Shown: in pieces, positions 59,569 to 64,000 of the stretch | How the letters are laid out: every line of letters starts with the position of its first letter | Numbering within the stretch: the first letter of the stretch is position 1 | From: Acidimicrobiia bacterium | GTDB lineage: Bacteria > Actinomycetota > Acidimicrobiia > Spongiisociales > ZC4RG35 | DNA length: 64,000 nt | Assembly: GCA_028285585.1 (NCBI GenBank) | Contig: JANQOU010000008.1 | Coordinates: 200,760-264,759 of the forward strand | Direction of reading: 5' to 3' | Position numbers and translations under genes: made by a program | The notes under the pieces: model-generated | Seen by the model: the letters and a program-made list of their open reading frames with translations, nothing else | Told to the model about the DNA's origin: nothing | Database searches by the model: none

Positions 59569-60056
59569 GGGGGACCCCGGGACGACATGTTGCCCTACGT
59601 ATGTGGTGAGACGGCGTCAATATCAGCCGATCCTTGAACTTGCCGCGCCGGCGGCCAAAAGTGCGGCCAGGCTGGCGGCGGCAGCGAGAATGCGGACCAA
59701 ACGGACCCTCATACGACTTGCACGCTCACCTTCATGTCTCATTTCACCGACGTTGTGTGTCGGTGCAGACATTCCGCTCCGCTAGGTAGATGTGCGAACA
59801 GTTGCTTTGGACAAGGCCAAAGTCGACGCCGTTTACTCACCAATTCCCGATCAAGTCGGGAACCCTTTACATGTCAAAGGCCCCTGACTTCGCCCGCCGT
59901 ATCTGAGCATCGGCAAACGGTCAGGGAGACCGATTGCCCCACAGCCCCATTGAATTCACCTTCCAGCACTGATCAATCTAGACCTCACGCTGAGTAGTCA
60001 CAAGAGGAAACTCGGCCACGAAACGCAGTCTCCACACGCACCGCCGTTACGCTTCG

Positions 60057-60683
60057 ATGGCAATGGATGTGGTTGCACTCCAAGAGAAAATCGGCCGTAT
60101 CGACGGGGTCGAAGCAGCCCGTGTGGTGGCCGGGAACGGCCACATCGACGAGATCCATGTGCTGGCCCGCCGGCACAAGGCACCAAAACAGCTGGTCAGG
60201 GACGTGCAGTCACTCGGGGCCGCCCTGTTCGACGTCGACATCGACCGCCGCATCGTCTCGGTGGTCCAACTCGCGGACGCCGACCTCAACGGCGGGATCC
60301 GGCCTGCACTCACCGACGTCTCCGAGAACCTGGAAGGCACCCGTGTCGAAGTGACGGTCACTCTGCGTTGGGAAGACTCGCTTCTGGTCGGAAAGTCGAC
60401 CGGTGCCGCAGCGAACACCATGCGGCCGCGCCAGATCGCAGAAGCAACACTCGAGGCCGTGCGCCAGTCCATCCACCTCGGAGCGGCCGTGGGGATCTCG
60501 TCAATGGACATCGTCACTCTGGGCAGCCGCGAAGTGGCCGTCGCCCAGGTGGTGCTGGTCACCGAGAACTCGGAACGCATGCTGATCGGATCCGCCTACG
60601 TCGAAGATGACAAACAGAGAGCGACCGTGCGCGCCGTGCTCGACGCGCTCAACCGGATCCTCCCCGATCTGAAAGCCCGTTGA
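60057..60683 (+). CDS. Hypothetical protein (208 aa)
   Basis: Protein-like composition and a TTGA overlap with the downstream GGT gene. No motif recognised. Confidence 0.55.
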   Translation: MAMDVVALQEKIGRIDGVEAARVVAGNGHIDEIHVLARRHKAPKQLVRDVQSLGAALFDVDIDRRIVSVVQLADADLNGGIRPALTDVSENLEGTRVEVTVTLRWEDSLLVGKSTGAAANTMRPRQIAEATLEAVRQSIHLGAAVGISSMDIVTLGSREVAVAQVVLVTENSERMLIGSAYVEDDKQRATVRAVLDALNRILPDLKAR

Positions 60684-62227
60684 CCCAAAGGGCCGTAGCC
60701 ACGCCCCATCATCTGTCGGCGGCGGCTGCTCGGCAGATTCTCGATGGTGGCGGGAACGCTGTGGACGCCGCAATCGCCGCGGTCGCTGCCCAGGGAGTCG
60801 TCGCCCCGGAGACATGTGGCGTGGGTGGGGACCTGTTTGCCCTCGTTCACCAACCCGGCTGGGAACGCCCCTTGGCCCTCAACTCCTCAGGTCAGGCCGG
60901 ATCGGATGTCGACGCCGACTCGATCCGGGCGGCAGGCCATACCGAGATACCCCAGGATCACCCGGCGGTGGTCACAGTTCCTGGCTGCGTCGACGGCTTG
61001 GCCGAATTGTCGGCGCGACTCGGCTCGATCGACCTGGCCGAGGCCCTTGGACCGGCGATCGACCTCGCCCGTGAGGGCTTCGCGGCCTCTGACGAGCAGT
61101 CCGGCGCCTTCACCAGACGTGCCGCCGAGTATGCAAGCAATCCAGCAGTGTCCGAGTTCTACCCGGATGGTCAGCCGGTTCAACCGGGGGCATTGGTCCG
61201 GCGCGAACGTCTCGCCCGCACGCTCGAGGTGATCGGCTCAGACGGGAGGTACGGCTTCTACCTCGGCGAGCCGGGACGTGAGATTGTCGAGACCATCGAC
61301 GGGATCCGGCACACCGACCTGGAGCGGAACAACGCCGAGTGGGTCGAGCCGATTGAGGCTTCCGTGGCGGGTTACGAGTGCTGGACCATCCCACCCAACT
61401 CCCAGGGATACCTGACCCCGGCGGCATTGGCGGTGTTCCAGATGCTGGAGCCCCCGGAAGACTCGGAAGACCCACTGTGGTGGCATCTGCTCATCGAGTC
61501 CTACCGGGCCGTGGCGTGGGAACGCGACGACCTCGTCTCCGAGCCAAAGACGGCTCCTTTGCCGGACCGGCTCCTTCTCGATCAGTCTCGCTTGGAGAGA
61601 CTGTCGTCAACCGTCTCCGCCGACCGAACCGGTGTCTGGCCCCGAACCGGAGCACCTTCCGACACTGCCCACCTCTGTGTCGCCGACGAGAACGGATTGG
61701 GCGTATCCATCATCCAGTCGAACTACCGGGGCACCGGGTCACCTTTCGGTGCCGCCAACAGCGGATTCCTGTTCCAGGATCGAGGCGGAGGTTTCAACCT
61801 GATGCCGGGTCATCCCAATGAGCTCCGGCCCGGGAAGCGGCCGCTGCACACTCTTTCGCCAACCCTGTGGACCGACGGAGACCAGCCGCGGTGGCTCTTG
61901 GGAACACGCGGTGGTGCCATTCAGCCTCAGCTTCTTGCTCAGGTGGCCGCCAGGGGGATCGTGAGCAGCTCAGGGTTGGATGAGGCTCAGCAGGCACCAC
62001 GCTGGTCCATCGCCGACTTCGGGCCGCAGACCCAGAGTGTGGTCAGACTGGAACCGGGAGTGCCCGCAGAGGTGACGGATGGGCTGGCCCGCCGCGGCCA
62101 CCAGCTGGAGCAAATGGACGAGCCTCAGTCGGGTTGGGGACCTGTCTCCGTCATTGAGTTGGACGGCGATTCGCGACAAGCCGCCGCCGACCCCCGCGTC
62201 ACCACCACCACAACCCACCTCTGGTAG
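60680..62227 (+). CDS. Gamma-glutamyltransferase-family protein
   Basis: GGT-family N terminus (…AVATPHHLSAAAARQILDGGGNAVDAAIA…) and a C-terminal small-subunit region with a T-nucleophile context. Confidence 0.8.
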   Translation: MTQRAVATPHHLSAAAARQILDGGGNAVDAAIAAVAAQGVVAPETCGVGGDLFALVHQPGWERPLALNSSGQAGSDVDADSIRAAGHTEIPQDHPAVVTVPGCVDGLAELSARLGSIDLAEALGPAIDLAREGFAASDEQSGAFTRRAAEYASNPAVSEFYPDGQPVQPGALVRRERLARTLEVIGSDGRYGFYLGEPGREIVETIDGIRHTDLERNNAEWVEPIEASVAGYECWTIPPNSQGYLTPAALAVFQMLEPPEDSEDPLWWHLLIESYRAVAWERDDLVSEPKTAPLPDRLLLDQSRLERLSSTVSADRTGVWPRTGAPSDTAHLCVADENGLGVSIIQSNYRGTGSPFGAANSGFLFQDRGGGFNLMPGHPNELRPGKRPLHTLSPTLWTDGDQPRWLLGTRGGAIQPQLLAQVAARGIVSSSGLDEAQQAPRWSIADFGPQTQSVVRLEPGVPAEVTDGLARRGHQLEQMDEPQSGWGPVSVIELDGDSRQAAADPRVTTTTTHLW

Positions 62228-62355
62228 CAACCCCCTCACCCGCAACCTCAGGTAATAACGCCCAAATACGGTCCAAATCACCTCACGTTCAGCCCCAACT
62301 TGAGGCCATAGCGCCCAGATACGGTCGGTATTACCTGAGGTTCGCGGTAGGGGGG
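62228..62355. repeat. 128-bp convergent intergenic region forming a long imperfect hairpin built from a repeat-element family
   Basis: Seen directly: CAACCCCCTCACCCGCAACCTCAGGTAATA…TATTACCTGAGGTTCGCGGTAGGGGGGT as outer arms. Internal direct repeats are ACGCCCAAATACGGTCC and GCGCCCAGATACGGTCGG. Confidence 0.7.
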
Positions 62356-63372
62356 TCAGGGTTTGAGGTCGGTGATGACCTGGCGGGCTGCATCCGGGTC
62401 CGACTCGAGTATCGAGCCGAAGGTGTAGAAGCCGATCCTCTGCACGCGATCGCCGTAACGATCGAGGATCGCCTGGCCCAGCTTGTCGACCGGGGCCGCG
62501 ATGCCGATCTCGAACAACGCCTCATCAGGGATGACGTCGGCCATCTCTGCCCACTGCCCACGCTTCGACATGGCGTGGACCTCGTCTCCGAACTCCCAGC
62601 CGCTGGCCTCCAACACCGGCCGGTACGAAGGCGTCGACGCATAGAACGAGATCTGCTGCCGGATCGGGCCCATGGCCTGCTCGACCTCCGAGTCGTCCCG
62701 GCCGGTCATGATGAAGACCGGGCTGACCAGCTCCACATCGTCGAGCGACCGTCCCGCACTCTCTGCTCCACTGGTGATGTTGGGCAGGACGACCTGGTCG
62801 AGATAGTCCACGGTGTGGAACGGGTGGACATGAAACCCGTCGCACACCTCACCTGCCATGCGGCTCAGATGCGGACCCACCCCCGCGATGTACACGGGGA
62901 TGTCCGGATGAGTAATCGGCCCCGGATCGAAGAACGGGGTCATCAGCGAGAAGTTGTAGAACTCGCCCTCGTACCGGAGCCGGGACGAGTCCTGCCAGGC
63001 CTCCCAAATCGCCCGCATCGACAGGATGTAATCCTTCAGCCGGGCGGTTGGCTGCCCCCACTCCGTGCTGAACCGACGAGTTATGTGCGGCTTGATCTGA
63101 GTTCCCAGCCCAAGGAGAAAGCGGCCTTTGGACATGCGCGCCAGGTCCCAACTCACCATTGCGGTGACCATCGGTGAGCGCGGGAAAGCAACTGCGATCG
63201 CGGTCCCCAAGTCGATGTCGAGCCCCTCGGCTCCGGCAAGCGCCAGCGGCAGGAACGGGTCGTACTTCGTCTCCGTGGAGAAGAACCCCTCGTATCCGAG
63301 ATCGGCCGCCTGGCGAACGGCACTCGAAGCAGCCTCCGGCGAGGTCATCGGGTAGTAGAAGTCGGCCTTCAT
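62356..63372 (-). CDS. LLM-class flavin/F420-dependent oxidoreductase (luciferase-like monooxygenase family)
   Basis: Luciferase-like TIM-barrel family length and motifs (…GFFSTETKYDPFLPLA…, …RIGFYTFGSI…). Confidence 0.75.
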   Translation of the reverse strand: MKADFYYPMTSPEAASSAVRQAADLGYEGFFSTETKYDPFLPLALAGAEGLDIDLGTAIAVAFPRSPMVTAMVSWDLARMSKGRFLLGLGTQIKPHITRRFSTEWGQPTARLKDYILSMRAIWEAWQDSSRLRYEGEFYNFSLMTPFFDPGPITHPDIPVYIAGVGPHLSRMAGEVCDGFHVHPFHTVDYLDQVVLPNITSGAESAGRSLDDVELVSPVFIMTGRDDSEVEQAMGPIRQQISFYASTPSYRPVLEASGWEFGDEVHAMSKRGQWAEMADVIPDEALFEIGIAAPVDKLGQAILDRYGDRVQRIGFYTFGSILESDPDAARQVITDLKP

Positions 63373-63416
63373 GGAAGCCAGCGTAGATGAGTCAGGCCAC
63401 CGGGTAGCCTGAGCAC

Positions 63417-63734
63417 ATGAGACGCCTGGCGAAGTTCATCGGGTTTGTCGGAGGGGCAGCGGCACTCATCTGGGCGATGCGTGATCGCTTCGTTTCCGTG
63501 GCGGCTTCGCGTGAGCCCGAGCCGCCGACCTTTCGCTCCGGATCCTCGGTCGAGACCGTCCCCGTCGACGCAGTCGATGGGATCGGCCCGGTCTTCGCGC
63601 AAAGACTCACGGCTGCGGGCCTCGGATCTGTGAACGAGCTGGCCGAAGCCTCACCCGATGCGGTAGCAGAGGCAGCATCGATCAGCGTCGCCCGAGCCAA
63701 CACCTGGATCAACGAAGCTAAGAGCCACATCTGA
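63417..63734 (+). CDS. Small membrane-anchored helix-hairpin-helix protein
   Basis: N-terminal TM helix and an HhH-like segment …IDGIGPVFAQRLTAAGLGSVNELAEASPDAV…. Confidence 0.5.
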   Translation: MRRLAKFIGFVGGAAALIWAMRDRFVSVAASREPEPPTFRSGSSVETVPVDAVDGIGPVFAQRLTAAGLGSVNELAEASPDAVAEAASISVARANTWINEAKSHI

Positions 63735-64000
63735 GTGCTCTATCTCCACGAGCCTGAGGATCTCGGGGGCCTCCTCGACGATGAACCGCGGTTTCGCGCC
63801 GACCAACTAGGCGACTGGCTGTACAGGACACCAGTCCTCTCCATCGAAGACATGACCAACCTCCCGGAGGCACTGCGCTCGAAGCTGGCTTCGGGTCATT
63901 GGCCTTTCGACGTCGAGATGGAGCAGAGCTCGGACCAGAGCCGGACGCGAAAGTGGCTGTTCCGCTCCCCCGACGGCGCCGCCATCGAAGCCGTCCTCAT
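63735..64000 (+). CDS. rlmN: 23S rRNA/tRNA m2A methyltransferase RlmN, 5' end (continues past the window)
   Basis: N terminus …EPRFRADQLGDWLY… matches the conserved RlmN …FRAKQ…W.Y segment. The GTG at 63735 immediately follows the upstream stop. Confidence 0.7.
   Translation, partial: MLYLHEPEDLGGLLDDEPRFRADQLGDWLYRTPVLSIEDMTNLPEALRSKLASGHWPFDVEMEQSSDQSRTRKWLFRSPDGAAIEAVL

Noticed and set aside
1-64000. CRISPR arrays, transposases, integrases, toxin-antitoxin or restriction/defence genes
   Set aside because: I looked for regularly spaced short repeats and for the usual nuclease, helicase, integrase or transposase signatures and found none. The only repeats are the 35-bp tandem pair at 45.2 kb and the hairpin element family at 32.0 and 62.3 kb.

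Overview
High-GC, gene-dense chromosomal segment, actinobacterial in style, with many start/stop overlaps (ATGA, GTGA, TTGA) that imply long translationally coupled operons. All protein-function calls below rest on motifs and domain architecture read by eye; no database search was run. From 1 to 8.3 kb lies peptide deformylase followed by a family-5 (peptide/nickel type) ABC importer operon. An amidohydrolase and a tandem-domain RidA protein are embedded in that operon. A benzoate-CoA-ligase-like AMP-dependent synthetase sits at 8.5-10.1 kb. From about 12 to 28.7 kb there is a minus-strand catabolic locus of roughly 17 kb. It encodes a sugar-type ABC importer that lacks its own ATPase, a KDPG-aldolase-family protein, a neutral-ceramidase-like hydrolase, an iron-alcohol-dehydrogenase/DHQS-like enzyme, RidA, and a DgaE/SelA-like PLP lyase. 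It continues with a DapA-family aldolase, an MBL-fold hydrolase, a 632-aa hypothetical protein, an MlrC/M81-like peptidase, a 2-hydroxyacid dehydrogenase, an aldehyde dehydrogenase and a zinc-ribbon threonine-synthase-like enzyme. A divergent GntR(FadR-type) regulator is encoded at 28.9 kb. A perfect 14-bp palindrome, TGTTACATGTAACA, occurs inside the locus, and a near-copy lies in the regulator's own promoter region. From 29.8 to 31.9 kb there are a GNAT acetyltransferase, an S41 peptidase, a 3' remnant of an ABC-exporter ATPase gene, and tRNA-Ala(CGC). The second half is largely housekeeping. It encodes translin-like, moaC, moeA, galU, plsY, fmdB, SAF, uppP, a TPP enzyme, dapB, MFS, mrp/apbC-like, acnA, tlpA, sortase E, GGT, an LLM oxidoreductase and the rlmN 5' end. 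It also contains a polyamine-type cluster (agmatinase-family, C45 acyltransferase, PotD-like binding protein, class-III aminotransferase) whose divergent promoter region holds two tandem 35-bp palindrome-bearing repeats. A prpB-like/acnA pair sits behind an HTH regulator. A c-di-GMP-type module encodes DUF5317 and two membrane HD/HD-GYP proteins. An unusual repeat-sequence family is found at about 32.0 kb and about 62.3 kb. The latter copy turns a 128-bp convergent intergenic region into one long imperfect hairpin. No CRISPR array, transposase, integrase or recognisable defence genes were seen. The most novel-looking item is the GntR-linked multi-enzyme catabolic locus.
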